A stretch of DNA of 63,974 nt, the filler included. It is 10 parts of 10 records of this genome, joined end to end, with 100 filler letters (N's around TTAATTAATTAA, not from the genome) between each part and the next. Parts side by side here need not be neighbours in the genome. Positions count along the whole stretch, not along the records: positions 19,872 to 36,269 come from SRR20825010_4590; 9 more parts are not named here. One strand, given 5' to 3'. Both the position numbers and the translations under genes were made by a program. A model generated the notes under the pieces. It was not told the origin of the DNA. It searched no databases and saw only the letters and a program-made list of their open reading frames with translations. Below are positions 19,772-30,837 of the stretch, piece by piece. The first letter of the stretch is position 1; each line of letters begins with the position of its first letter.

Positions 19772-19871
19772 NNNNNNNNNNNNNNNNNNNNNNNNNNNNN
19801 NNNNNNNNNNNNNNNTTAATTAATTAANNNNNNNNNNNNNNNNNNNNNNNNNNNNNNNNNNNNNNNNNNNN
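19772..19871. other. Artificial contig linker
   Basis: N44-TTAATTAATTAA-N44. Confidence 0.99.
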
Positions 19872-20183
19872 GTCGAGATAGGCTTCGTCATATTGGCCGG
19901 GGCCTGCATGTTCGACGGCTTCCCAAGTGGTAAGCAGGCGAAGGCAGTTGAACCCCCAAGCACGCAAACGCCCGAAATGCTCATGGGCTTCAGCCAAGGG
20001 GAAGGGACGGCCAATAAACGATACGGTCCGGTGGTCTGAAAAATCGGTCGGAAGATTGGTATGGCCGTTGGGCGTGAACGGCATTTTGCAATCGCCGCCA
20101 AGATTAACCCCTCGCAGAATATGGGCATGGCCCGTCTCGTCTGTGAACCATTCGCCTTCAATCTGCAGTCTTGGCAATGCCAT
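19872..20183 (-). CDS. GH5 glycosidase, endoglycoceramidase-related / steryl-glucosidase-like (3' truncated)
   Basis: LRGVNLGGDCKMP...SFIGRPFPLAEAHEHFGRLRAWGFNCLRLLTTWEAVEHAGPGQYD. Confidence 0.8.
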
Positions 20184-20404
20184 TTACGCCTCCCGTTTAT
20201 TTGTTATTGCCCTGACTTTAGCGCGATAGAACCGTAGAGCAATGGAGGAGATGACGAAGGGGAAACGGGGAGGATTGCCCCCTGAATCATATATAAAATA
20301 AAAATTACCAGTAAAATATAGCGGTCCGGCGAAACACGATTTACACTACAGGCCAATAGCGGGGAGGACCGCTGACATAAAACGCCCAAAAATGCAGGCA
20401 CAGC

Positions 20405-21868
20405 ATGACCAAGTTTGAACCGACACTCGCATCTCTGAACGCGCACAAAGTTCCTGAATGGTATGAGGATGCGAAATTCGGCATCTTTATCCATTGGGGA
20501 ATGTGGGCCATTCCTTCTTTCGCATCGCATCATGGCAGCATCGGCGAAACCTTCGCAAAACAGTATGACATCGCTGTGGCGCTGACGCCCTATACCGAAT
20601 GGTACTGTAATGCGATCAAGGTGCCGGAAAGCGAAAGCGCGAAGCATCACCAGAACGTGTGGAAGGGTGCGCCTTACGAAGATTTCCGTGCGCTTTTTCT
20701 TAAAGGTCTCGAACAATGGGACCCGAAAGAATGGGCCAGAATCTTCAAGGCTTCAGGCGCACAATATGTGGTGCTGGTAACAAAGCATCACGACGGCTAC
20801 AGCTTGTGGCCGACCGAAGTGCCCCACCCGCACAAAGAAGGCTGGCACACGGAACGCGATATTGTGGGCGAGCTGGGCGAGGCGGTGCGCGCCGAGGGCA
20901 TGCGCTACGGACTTTATTATTCCGGTGGCATCGATTGGTCGTTCAATCCCGAACCCCTGCGCACATTGGGCGATTTTGTCGGTTCGGTACCGGGTGGCAA
21001 ATATCCAGCCTATGCAACTGCACAGGTGAAAGAACTAATCGACAAATACAAGCCGGCGGTGCTGTGGAACGATATTTCCTGGCCGACTTCAATGTCCGAT
21101 ATGATGCGCACTTTTGCCTATTACTATAATTCGGTGCCTGAAGGCGTGATCAATGATCGTGTGACGCCGATGAACTGGAAAAGCAAACTGATGCGCTTCA
21201 AATGGATGCGTAAACAGTTTGACAAAAGAGTGAAGGCGCATATCGCAAAGAACCCAGTAAATAAAGGGATCGTGCCACCAGAGCCACCGCATTACGATTT
21301 TCGAACACCCGAATATACGACTTTCAACGAAATCCAGAGCCGCAAATGGGAAGCGACGCGCGGCATGTCACATAGTTTCGGCTTCAATCATAATGACACG
21401 GATGCCGACTATCTCTCCAACGATCAACTGCTGTTCGACTTTGTCGATGCGGTGTCCAAGAACGGCAATTTGCTGCTGAATGTGGGACCGCGCGGCACAG
21501 ATGCACAAATTCCTTCCGAACAGACGAGCCGCCTGTTCACTTTGGGCAAATGGATGGCGGTGAATGGTGACGCCATTTACGGCACACGTCCGTGGAAGCG
21601 AGCCGAAGGCACCACACGCACCGATTTGCCCGTGCGCTTCACGACCAAAGGTGGCCGTGTCTATGCCATCGTGCTGGGCAAAGTGACGGGCGGAGAGGTC
21701 GCAATCCGCAATTTCAAAGCGGCCAATGATGCGGATGTGATGTTGCTGGGCCATGGCGCAGTAACTTGGCGGCAGGATGGCGATGATCTTGTGATTGCAT
21801 TGCCAGCGACAGGAGGCGAAGCTGCGGACCTCGCATTCTCCGTCTCCAAGGTCGATCCACAAGGATAG
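20405..21868 (+). CDS. Alpha-L-fucosidase (GH29)
   Basis: PEWYEDAKFGIFIHWG, TKHHDGY, LWND, INDR and VSKNGNLLLNVGP motifs; no signal peptide. Confidence 0.95.
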   Translation: MTKFEPTLASLNAHKVPEWYEDAKFGIFIHWGMWAIPSFASHHGSIGETFAKQYDIAVALTPYTEWYCNAIKVPESESAKHHQNVWKGAPYEDFRALFLKGLEQWDPKEWARIFKASGAQYVVLVTKHHDGYSLWPTEVPHPHKEGWHTERDIVGELGEAVRAEGMRYGLYYSGGIDWSFNPEPLRTLGDFVGSVPGGKYPAYATAQVKELIDKYKPAVLWNDISWPTSMSDMMRTFAYYYNSVPEGVINDRVTPMNWKSKLMRFKWMRKQFDKRVKAHIAKNPVNKGIVPPEPPHYDFRTPEYTTFNEIQSRKWEATRGMSHSFGFNHNDTDADYLSNDQLLFDFVDAVSKNGNLLLNVGPRGTDAQIPSEQTSRLFTLGKWMAVNGDAIYGTRPWKRAEGTTRTDLPVRFTTKGGRVYAIVLGKVTGGEVAIRNFKAANDADVMLLGHGAVTWRQDGDDLVIALPATGGEAADLAFSVSKVDPQG

Positions 21869-21871
21869 TTC

Positions 21872-22933
21872 ATGTCGTCTGCTTCTGCCCTGCCCCCGCT
21901 GCCTGCCCAACCCGCCGATACAAAATGGCCCACCGATGGATGGCCAATAGGCGAAGTACCGGCGACAGCGGACAGGGCGAAGCTGGACGCATTGCTGAAC
22001 CATGCATTTGCGGCGACAGCACCTGATGATCTGGACGAGACCCACGCCCTTGTCATCATTCAGGGAGGCAAACTGATTGCCGAACGCTATTGGAAGGGCT
22101 TCGGACCAGATGTGACCTGCCCGTCATGGTCCAAGGCCAAGAGCATCACACAGGCGCTGGTGGGACTGCTGGTGAAAGACGGCAAGATCGACCATATGGC
22201 GAAAGCCGATGTGCCTGAATGGCGCGAGGCACCAAATGATCCTCGCGCCGCGATCACACTGGACCAATTGCTGCGCATGTCGAGCGGACTCGCATTTCGC
22301 GAGGATTACGTGGATGGCGAGGCCTCCGACGTGATCGAAATGCTTTTCGGCGAGGCCAAAGGCGATGCAGGCAAGTTCGCCGCATCTTTTCCGCTGGCAC
22401 ATGCGCCCGACAGCTTCTGGTCCTATTCGTCTGGCACGACCAATATCATCGCACGATGCGCAGCCAAGGCGGCGGGACTATATGGCCCCGATTTCGAACG
22501 CTTCATGCGCGAACGCCTGCTGGATGTCATCGGCATGAAAAGCGCCGCGCCGAAATTCGATGCCGCGGGCACATTTATCGGCTCTTCCTTTTGCTACGCA
22601 ACGCCACGCGACTTTGCAAAATTCGGCCTGCTCTATCTGCGCGATGGTGTGTGGGAGGGCAAACGCATTTTGCCCGAAGGCTGGGTGGATTATGCCCGCA
22701 CGTCCACTTACCAGCAACCAGAGGCCGTGGCCGAAGGCACGCCTTATGGTGCGCAATGGTGGCTTGATCTGGGTGGCAAGGGATCATTCTCGGCAAATGG
22801 CTATCAGGGCCAATTCACTGTCTGTATCCCTGATCTCGACATGGTGATTGTGCGCCACGGACAGACCGATGCGGCCAAGGGACCGAATGTGAAAGCCTGG
22901 ATCAAGGCGCTTGCCGACTGTTTCCGCACCTAG
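21872..22933 (+). CDS. Serine hydrolase, beta-lactamase fold (NylB-like)
   Basis: SWSKAKS (SxxK), LLRMSSGL, YSSGTT and ANGYQGQ motifs. Confidence 0.9.
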   Translation: MSSASALPPLPAQPADTKWPTDGWPIGEVPATADRAKLDALLNHAFAATAPDDLDETHALVIIQGGKLIAERYWKGFGPDVTCPSWSKAKSITQALVGLLVKDGKIDHMAKADVPEWREAPNDPRAAITLDQLLRMSSGLAFREDYVDGEASDVIEMLFGEAKGDAGKFAASFPLAHAPDSFWSYSSGTTNIIARCAAKAAGLYGPDFERFMRERLLDVIGMKSAAPKFDAAGTFIGSSFCYATPRDFAKFGLLYLRDGVWEGKRILPEGWVDYARTSTYQQPEAVAEGTPYGAQWWLDLGGKGSFSANGYQGQFTVCIPDLDMVIVRHGQTDAAKGPNVKAWIKALADCFRT

Positions 22934-23023
22934 GCACCCGATTGCATATCACTTGGCGCGGCGCAATTTCCGGCGCTAGACTGCCGCGCAATAAAATCAA
23001 TCATGCTGATCGGGGAGAGAATT

Positions 23024-24265
23024 ATGAATGTTGCCAGCAAAATGGCCCGTGCCGAAGATGTGGGTCTGAATTCCGCCCGCTTGGCCCAGATACCCAAATT
23101 CATGCAGTCATACTTAGACAGTAGCAAGCTGGCAGGTGTGTCCACGCTGGTCTCGCGTCGTGGCGAAGTGGCGCATTTTGAATGCATCGGCGTGAAGGAC
23201 AAGGACAGCAAAGAACCGCTGACCCATGACACGATCTTCCGCATCTATTCGATGACAAAGCCGATCACGAGCCTTGCGCTGATGATGCTTTATGAAGAAA
23301 GCAAGTTCCAGCTGAACCATCCGGTGGCTAAATATCTGCCCGAGTTTGAAAAGCTGAAAGTCTGGGCAGGCGGCACCAAGGAAAAATTCGACACCAAACC
23401 TTGCGAACGCGCGATGACGATCCGCGATCTGCTGACGCATACATCCGGCCTGACCTATGGCTTCATGATGGCGCATCCGGTGGACGCTATGTATCGCGCA
23501 GCGGGCATTGACGGTGCCAATACTGTTGGCATGACGTTGAAGGAATTTGTGGAGAAGCTGTCAGAAATTCCGCTGCTTTTCTCACCCGGCACAGAGTGGA
23601 ACTATTCGGTGGCGACCGATGTTTGCGGACGGCTCGTGGAAGTGCTGTCGGGCATGTCGCTCGACAAGTTTTATGAAAGCCGCATTTTCAAGCCGCTGGG
23701 CATGGTGGATACAGGTTTTCATGTACCAGCAAACAAACTGGACCGTTTTGCCAGCAACTATTTCAAAAATCCTGTCACCCATAAAGAAGGGCTGATGGAC
23801 AAGGGCGATGCGACAAGCACCTACGCCAAGGCGCCTTCCTTCCTGTCAGGCGGTGGCGGGCTCGTCTCGACCATGAGCGACTATTGGCGTTTCTGCCAGA
23901 TGCTGCTGAATGGCGGCGAGTTCAACGGGCATCGCTTTGTCAGCCGTAAGACAGTGGATTTCATGCGCATGAACCACTTGCCCGGCGACAAGACGATGGC
24001 GGAAATGTCGTCTTCGGCCTTCTCGGAACTGGCGTCGGAAGGCACGGGTTTCGGCCTCGGCTTTGCCGTGACGCTTGATCCGGCGGAGCTGCAACAAATC
24101 GGCAGCCATGGCAGCTTCTCGTGGGGCGGCGCTGCATCGACATATTTCTGGATTGATCCCGAAGAGGATCTAGTCGCCATCCTGATGACGCAGCTTTACC
24201 CCTCCTCCACCTATCCGCTGCGCCCGCAGCTGAGCCAACTGGTTTATGCGGCGATCGAAGACTAG
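23024..24265 (+). CDS. Serine hydrolase, beta-lactamase fold (family VIII esterase-like)
   Basis: FRIYSMTKPI, LLTHTSGL, PGTEWNYS, GGGGLVST and WGGAAST motifs. Confidence 0.92.
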   Translation: MNVASKMARAEDVGLNSARLAQIPKFMQSYLDSSKLAGVSTLVSRRGEVAHFECIGVKDKDSKEPLTHDTIFRIYSMTKPITSLALMMLYEESKFQLNHPVAKYLPEFEKLKVWAGGTKEKFDTKPCERAMTIRDLLTHTSGLTYGFMMAHPVDAMYRAAGIDGANTVGMTLKEFVEKLSEIPLLFSPGTEWNYSVATDVCGRLVEVLSGMSLDKFYESRIFKPLGMVDTGFHVPANKLDRFASNYFKNPVTHKEGLMDKGDATSTYAKAPSFLSGGGGLVSTMSDYWRFCQMLLNGGEFNGHRFVSRKTVDFMRMNHLPGDKTMAEMSSSAFSELASEGTGFGLGFAVTLDPAELQQIGSHGSFSWGGAASTYFWIDPEEDLVAILMTQLYPSSTYPLRPQLSQLVYAAIED

Positions 24266-24334
24266 GCTTCCGTCACATTCATTCTGTCACTCCGGCACAA
24301 CATAAAGCCGGAGTGACATTTTCTTTTCAGCCCC

Positions 24335-25240
24335 ATGCCTCTTTGGATTCCCATCACCATTGCGGCCGCGTTTTTACAGAACTTGCGGTCCACATGGCAG
24401 AAACAGCTTACCGGCACATTGTCGGCGACGGCGGCGACCTATGTGCGGTTTTCGTTCGGGCTACCGGTTGCGGCTGTCTATCTTTGGGGCCTGCATGAAT
24501 TTGGCGGCTATGCCCTGCCCTCACCCAATGGCTGGTTTCTTGTCTATTGCGTGATAGGGGGTGTGGCGCAGATCGTGGCGACTTTCCTGTTGGTGGCCCT
24601 TTTCGCCTATCGCAATTTTGCTGTGGGCACGACCTATTCCAAAACAGAGACGGCGCAAGCAGCACTTTTCGGCATCGTGGTGCTGGGCGATCATCCGAGC
24701 CTTGGTGCGGTGGTCGCCATTCTTGTCAGTCTTGCCGGTGTTGTCGCGATTTCCATGGCGAAGTCACATCTGACGCTAATGAATTTTGTCCGTTCACTAA
24801 GCGAGCGTCCGACGCTTATGGGGCTTGGCACAGGCGCGGGATTTGGTATTTCGGCTGTATGCTATCGCGCGGCGTCACTGTCGCTCAATGCTGACGGGTT
24901 TCTGATTTCAGCTTCCTACACACTTGTCACGGTTCTCGTAATCCAGACCATTTTGATGACCGCGTGGCTGTTGTGGCGCGAACCAGCACAGCTGAGAAAC
25001 ACTGTGACAGCCTGGCGGCTTGCCGGATTGGTGGGGCTGGTCGGAGCGCTTGCGTCTATGGGCTGGTTTACCGCCATGACAATCGAAAACGCTGCTTACG
25101 TACGCGCATTGGGACAGATCGAATTGCTGTTCACATTTGGCTCCAGCTATTTCTTGTTCAAGGAAAAGACCGGGCGGCTTGAGTTTTTCGGCATAGCGCT
25201 AGTGGTAGTGGGATTGTTCGTGCTGCTGTTTTGGCGATAG
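24335..25240 (+). CDS. DMT/EamA-family transporter
   Basis: 301 aa with ~10 TM; RNFAVGTTYSKTE and YVRALGQIEL motifs. Confidence 0.88.
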   Translation: MPLWIPITIAAAFLQNLRSTWQKQLTGTLSATAATYVRFSFGLPVAAVYLWGLHEFGGYALPSPNGWFLVYCVIGGVAQIVATFLLVALFAYRNFAVGTTYSKTETAQAALFGIVVLGDHPSLGAVVAILVSLAGVVAISMAKSHLTLMNFVRSLSERPTLMGLGTGAGFGISAVCYRAASLSLNADGFLISASYTLVTVLVIQTILMTAWLLWREPAQLRNTVTAWRLAGLVGLVGALASMGWFTAMTIENAAYVRALGQIELLFTFGSSYFLFKEKTGRLEFFGIALVVVGLFVLLFWR

Positions 25241-26119
25241 TCAGCGCGGACGGTCACCGGCCACTGTTGTGCGGTGCATGACGCGAAGGTGGCCATCATA
25301 ACCACCATCGGCAAAATGCAGCGTGGACCGGTTGTCCCACATTGTGAGCATGTTGACCCGCCACTTGTGCCGATAGACAAACTTATCTTGCGTCATATGT
25401 GTGTAGAGAAATCCGAGAAGGCTCGCAGATTCTTCGGGAGTCATCCCCTCGATGCCCACCGTGTAGACGGGACTAACATAAAGCGCCTTGCGACCAGTGA
25501 CGGGATGGGTGCGCACCAGAGGATGGGGATAGGTCTTGTCAGCATCAGGGCTGACGATGATCTGCATGGTACGGTCACCTGCATTGGCCTGCTCATGGGC
25601 AAAGAGCCCCTTTGTGCCATAGGGCAGCGCCGCGGAATGAATGGCGGTCAGACCTTCGAGCATTTTCTGCATGACGGATGACAACGCATCATAGGCACCT
25701 GCACAATCTGCATAGAGTGTGTCGCCACCGACCGGCGGCACAACTTTCGAGTGGAGCAAGGTCGCCGCTGGTGGCTCGTCCTGAAAGCTCCAGTCTGAAT
25801 GCCAGCCCGCGCCGAAATTGCGGGCGGTCTCATTGGGCTCGCGGCGCAATTCGAGAATATGCGGGCGTCCTTCCATCGGTTTGATGAAAGGATCAAAACC
25901 GAAAGGCCCGATTTGCAGCGTGAATGCCTCTAGTTCGTCATGGCTCAATGGCTGATCTGGAAACCAAACAACACCATGATCCACCCAAGCCTGTTTGACG
26001 TCCTGAAGTTGTGCAGGCGGCAACGGAGCGGAAAGATCGAGTCCCGTTATCTCCGCGCCGAAGCCCGACGGATTGACGACAACTTCGATTGCTGCTGACT
26101 TGGACGCCGTTTGCGACAT
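25241..26119 (-). CDS. TauD/TfdA-family Fe(II)/2-oxoglutarate dioxygenase
   Basis: WHSDWSF, GGDT, HPLVRTHPVTGRKALY, WDNR.T.H and HRTT motifs. Confidence 0.93.
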   Translation of the reverse strand: MSQTASKSAAIEVVVNPSGFGAEITGLDLSAPLPPAQLQDVKQAWVDHGVVWFPDQPLSHDELEAFTLQIGPFGFDPFIKPMEGRPHILELRREPNETARNFGAGWHSDWSFQDEPPAATLLHSKVVPPVGGDTLYADCAGAYDALSSVMQKMLEGLTAIHSAALPYGTKGLFAHEQANAGDRTMQIIVSPDADKTYPHPLVRTHPVTGRKALYVSPVYTVGIEGMTPEESASLLGFLYTHMTQDKFVYRHKWRVNMLTMWDNRSTLHFADGGYDGHLRVMHRTTVAGDRPR

Positions 26120-26182
26120 GATTTTTTCCTCTTCCCTTGCAGCAACTTTGCCACGAACGGAATGCGGACGCAAAATTACCCT

Positions 26183-27019
26183 TCAAGCGTTGAGCGCTTC
26201 TCCACCGATTGTAATGCGGTGCAACAGGCGACGTTCACCGTGATAGTCGTTCACAGCATAGTGCCATGTGGCGCGGTTGTCCCAGAAAGCCACGGAGCCA
26301 TCACGCCACTGAAAACGGCAAGTGTATTCCGGTCGCGACGCATGGCGGAACAAATGCTGCAAAAGCGGCTGGCTTTCTTCCATCGTCCAACCTTCGAAGT
26401 GCATCGTGAACCCCGGATTGACGTAGAGCGACTTACGGCCCGACAAGGGATGGGTGATGACGACAGGATGAACGGCCTCGCCCACAAGGCTTTCACCCTT
26501 GAAACCGCCGCCCTGATCTGACGTTTTGTAATAACCGCCGGCACCAAATGCGGCCGCGTTGGAATGTACCGCCTTCATACGTCCAAGCGTTTCCTTTAGA
26601 CCGTCAGACAGACCTTCATAAGCGGCATACATATCTGCAAACAATGTGTCGCCGCCTTCGTTCGGCAATTCACGCGCCAGAAGTATCGAACCCATCGCGG
26701 GCACCTGATCGTAGGAATGATCGGTGTGCCAACCGCCACCGATATTCGTCTTCTGCGCCTTCTCTTTGCGCACTTCGGCGATCTCGGGGTATTGCTGGTT
26801 GGCTGGGAAGAACTTGTTGATGTCGATCTGTCCCCAGCGACTTGCGAAGGCAATGTGCTCCTCCGGCGTCAGCTTCTGATCACGGAAAAAAATTACACCG
26901 TGATCGACATAAGCCTGACGGACCGACTCCATATCAGAATTGCTGAGATTGGCGAGATCGACGCCCAGCACTTCGGCGCCGCAGCCGCCCGTGACTTTTC
27001 TGATCTGAACATGGCTCAT
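26183..27019 (-). CDS. TauD/TfdA-family Fe(II)/2-oxoglutarate dioxygenase (paralog)
   Basis: GGGWHTDHSY, GGDTLF, HPVVITHPLSGRK and WDNRATWH motifs. Confidence 0.93.
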   Translation of the reverse strand: MSHVQIRKVTGGCGAEVLGVDLANLSNSDMESVRQAYVDHGVIFFRDQKLTPEEHIAFASRWGQIDINKFFPANQQYPEIAEVRKEKAQKTNIGGGWHTDHSYDQVPAMGSILLARELPNEGGDTLFADMYAAYEGLSDGLKETLGRMKAVHSNAAAFGAGGYYKTSDQGGGFKGESLVGEAVHPVVITHPLSGRKSLYVNPGFTMHFEGWTMEESQPLLQHLFRHASRPEYTCRFQWRDGSVAFWDNRATWHYAVNDYHGERRLLHRITIGGEALNA

Positions 27020-27076
27020 TGTTTCTCTCCCCAAAGTGTTGTTGCGCTTGAGGATATGTGCAATTTCAACCTAGAC

Positions 27077-27092
27077 TGTAACCAAAGTTACA
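27077..27092. promoter_or_regulatory. Crp/Fnr-family operator-like palindrome
   Basis: TGTAAC-CAAA-GTTACA, perfect 6-bp arms with the 16-bp CRP geometry, between the tauD pair and the crp-like gene. Confidence 0.65.
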
Positions 27093-27093
27093 A

Positions 27094-27795
27094 TTGGTGA
27101 AAAATTTGAAGCCACCCAACGATCCCGCCCGAATGGAAATAGCCAAAGCCTTACGCCGGAATATCTGGTTTCTAAGGCTACCAGCCAATTTGCAGGACGC
27201 TATGCAAAGCGCTGCAATCTCGCTGCATGCTGATGCTGGTCGGTGGCTTTATGATGCAGGTGACGATGCCTATGGTCTTTACGGTGTCATTTCCGGCTCG
27301 GTCAGCATTCATGTCCAGATGAACTTTGGCCAGTCCAAGGATAACGAATATGCACTGGCAAACATTGCTGGCCCGGGGGCGATCTTCGGCTATGCAGGGC
27401 GGCTGGTAGGGAAAAGAAGGCTGGTGACGGCTGTGGTGCGCGAAGAGGCCCAGCTTTTCTATATTCCAGAGGTTCGTCTCGAAGCGATCGCACAAGCAAT
27501 ACCCGAATTGTGGCTGCATTTTGCAGAAATGGCGTCGGAGCAAATTGTATCTGCAACCCGCGGCATGGTGCTGAATGCACGTGGCACTCCGATGGAACGT
27601 CTAGCGGGTTACCTTCGTGGACTATCAATTGAGACAGAGAAAGTCAGCGAGATCAGCATAACGCAAGAAGAGCTGGCCGAACTGAGCGGGCTATCGCGCA
27701 AGACTGTCAATCAGGTGCTGAACAAGATGGCAGCCCGCGGTGCGGTGGAAACCACCTATGGCAGGATCCGCGTGATAGATGCTGCCTTGCTTTAG
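27094..27795 (+). CDS. Crp/Fnr-family transcriptional regulator
   Basis: cNMP-binding-like N-terminus plus ITQEELAELSGLSRKTVNQVL HTH; start uncertain. Confidence 0.9.
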   Translation: MVKNLKPPNDPARMEIAKALRRNIWFLRLPANLQDAMQSAAISLHADAGRWLYDAGDDAYGLYGVISGSVSIHVQMNFGQSKDNEYALANIAGPGAIFGYAGRLVGKRRLVTAVVREEAQLFYIPEVRLEAIAQAIPELWLHFAEMASEQIVSATRGMVLNARGTPMERLAGYLRGLSIETEKVSEISITQEELAELSGLSRKTVNQVLNKMAARGAVETTYGRIRVIDAALL

Positions 27796-27937
27796 GATTT
27801 TCTCGCATAGGCACAGGACTTTCTTCCTGCGATACGTTGCGCCATCTGAACTTCTGTTTACGCCGTCTTAAATCAGAAAAATTACTGTCATTTCCGGGGC
27901 CTGACGCTTGAGGGAGCAAAGGTCGGGAGGAGACTTT

Positions 27938-29554
27938 ATGCCAAAAAAATCCATCGATGACGCCGATATGACGTCCATCGTGATTGAGGCCGTGAACCGC
28001 TTGCCCGGCGGCTTCATCATCTATGGTCCGGACCACGAGATCCTACTTGCCAACGAACAGAACGAGCATGACTTCGCGGTAACGAACAGCGGCTTGCGCA
28101 ACGGCCTGACTTATCGAGAGGCAGCGTGCGAAAGCGTAAAGGACGTATTGCCGGAACTTGACCATGAAGCCGCTTACGCTGCTGCTGACAGTATCGTGTC
28201 CACGCTTGAACGTGGTGAAGCGATCGAGCTGAAGACCGTGCATGGCACCATCATGCAAGTGATTGAACTACCTTTGTCGTTTGGTGGCTATGTGGCTGTC
28301 GGCGCCGACGTTACTGCGCTGCGCGAACGCGAACGCGAACTCAAGAAATTGCGCAAGCAGGCGGACGCCGCGAGCGATGCGAAATCCGCCTTTCTTGCAA
28401 ATATGAGCCATGAAATCCGCACACCGCTGAACGGCATTCTGGGCATGACTCAATTGCTGGCGGCGGGCAATCTAACCGACGAACAACGCGACCAGATTGA
28501 AACTATTCTGGACAGCGGTAAAACACTGATGGCGATCCTGAACGACGTTCTTGATCTGTCGAAGATTGAAGCGGGGCGCTTCGATGTTGCTCCTATCGAC
28601 AATGATCTGGATCATCTGCTGCGGCGTCTGAGTAAATTATGGGAACCGCGCGCCGCCGAGAAAGGTCTGGAACTGGAGCTTGATATTGATCCCGAAATGG
28701 TGAGCTATCTACGTTTCGATCCGATCCGCGTTCGGCAATGTGTGTCGAACCTTGTTTCCAACTCCATAAAGTTTACAGACCATGGCAAGGTGACCGTTCG
28801 GGCCCGGGTGGTGGAACTTGAAGACAATGTCTATGAAGCCCGCCTGACGATCACAGATTCCGGCATAGGAATGAATGCCAACACGCTTGAACGTTTGTTC
28901 ACGCCATTCACGCAGGCTGATGCATCCACTTCGCGCCAATTTGGCGGGACAGGGCTTGGTCTGTCCATCAGCCGCAAACTTGCTCAGATGATGGGCGGCG
29001 ATATCACAGTGACAAGCGAAGAGGGAAAAGGAAGCTCGTTCACGCTGAGTTTTCATGCTGGTGCCGGACGTGAGACGGACGAACCGGTGACCGATGGTGA
29101 TATCGACCAGACCAGTAGCCCACGTTGGGCGAACGGCATGACGGCATTACTGGTGGACGATCATCCGCTCAACAGGAAGGTGGCACGGCTTTTCATCGAA
29201 CCTCTAGGCATAAGCGTGATCGAGGCGGAAAACGGTGCGGAAGCACTGAGAATGATGAAGCAGCAAAGCTTCGATCTTGTTTTGCTCGACATGCATATGC
29301 CGGTGATGGACGGACCTGAAGTGCTTCGCCATATACGCGCGGAAGGATCGCCCTTTGCAAAAACTCCGGTGATCGCACTTACCGCGGATTCAATGGGTCG
29401 TGAGAACAGCTTCTATGATGACATCGGAGCAGACGGATATATTCCCAAGCCGATAGACCATCGCGTATTGATCATGGAAATCGGGCGGGTTCTAGAAAAG
29501 CGTCATGGCCGTGCCCCAACGCCCAGCGAGGCTTTTCAAATCAGACATGGGTGA
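27938..29554 (+). CDS. Cytoplasmic hybrid sensor histidine kinase / response regulator
   Basis: PAS-like N-terminus, MSHEIRTPLNG, NLVSNSIKFT, DSGIGM, GGTGLGL, and a REC domain (LLDMHMPVMDG). Confidence 0.95.
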   Translation: MPKKSIDDADMTSIVIEAVNRLPGGFIIYGPDHEILLANEQNEHDFAVTNSGLRNGLTYREAACESVKDVLPELDHEAAYAAADSIVSTLERGEAIELKTVHGTIMQVIELPLSFGGYVAVGADVTALRERERELKKLRKQADAASDAKSAFLANMSHEIRTPLNGILGMTQLLAAGNLTDEQRDQIETILDSGKTLMAILNDVLDLSKIEAGRFDVAPIDNDLDHLLRRLSKLWEPRAAEKGLELELDIDPEMVSYLRFDPIRVRQCVSNLVSNSIKFTDHGKVTVRARVVELEDNVYEARLTITDSGIGMNANTLERLFTPFTQADASTSRQFGGTGLGLSISRKLAQMMGGDITVTSEEGKGSSFTLSFHAGAGRETDEPVTDGDIDQTSSPRWANGMTALLVDDHPLNRKVARLFIEPLGISVIEAENGAEALRMMKQQSFDLVLLDMHMPVMDGPEVLRHIRAEGSPFAKTPVIALTADSMGRENSFYDDIGADGYIPKPIDHRVLIMEIGRVLEKRHGRAPTPSEAFQIRHG

Positions 29555-29572
29555 AACGACAGCTTTCAAACA

Positions 29573-29600
29573 AAAAGGCACGCCCTGAGGCGTGCCTTTT
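29573..29600. terminator. Bidirectional rho-independent terminator
   Basis: AAAAGGCACGCC-CTGA-GGCGTGCCTTTT between convergent genes. Confidence 0.9.
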
Positions 29601-29620
29601 CATTTGTCGTTGTGCCCGAA

Positions 29621-30827
<1,207 letters not shown>

Positions 30828-30837
30828 GTGAAAAATC

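Noticed and set aside
21872-24265. Beta-lactam resistance genes
   Set aside because: No signal peptides, and the motifs fit esterase/amidase members of the fold
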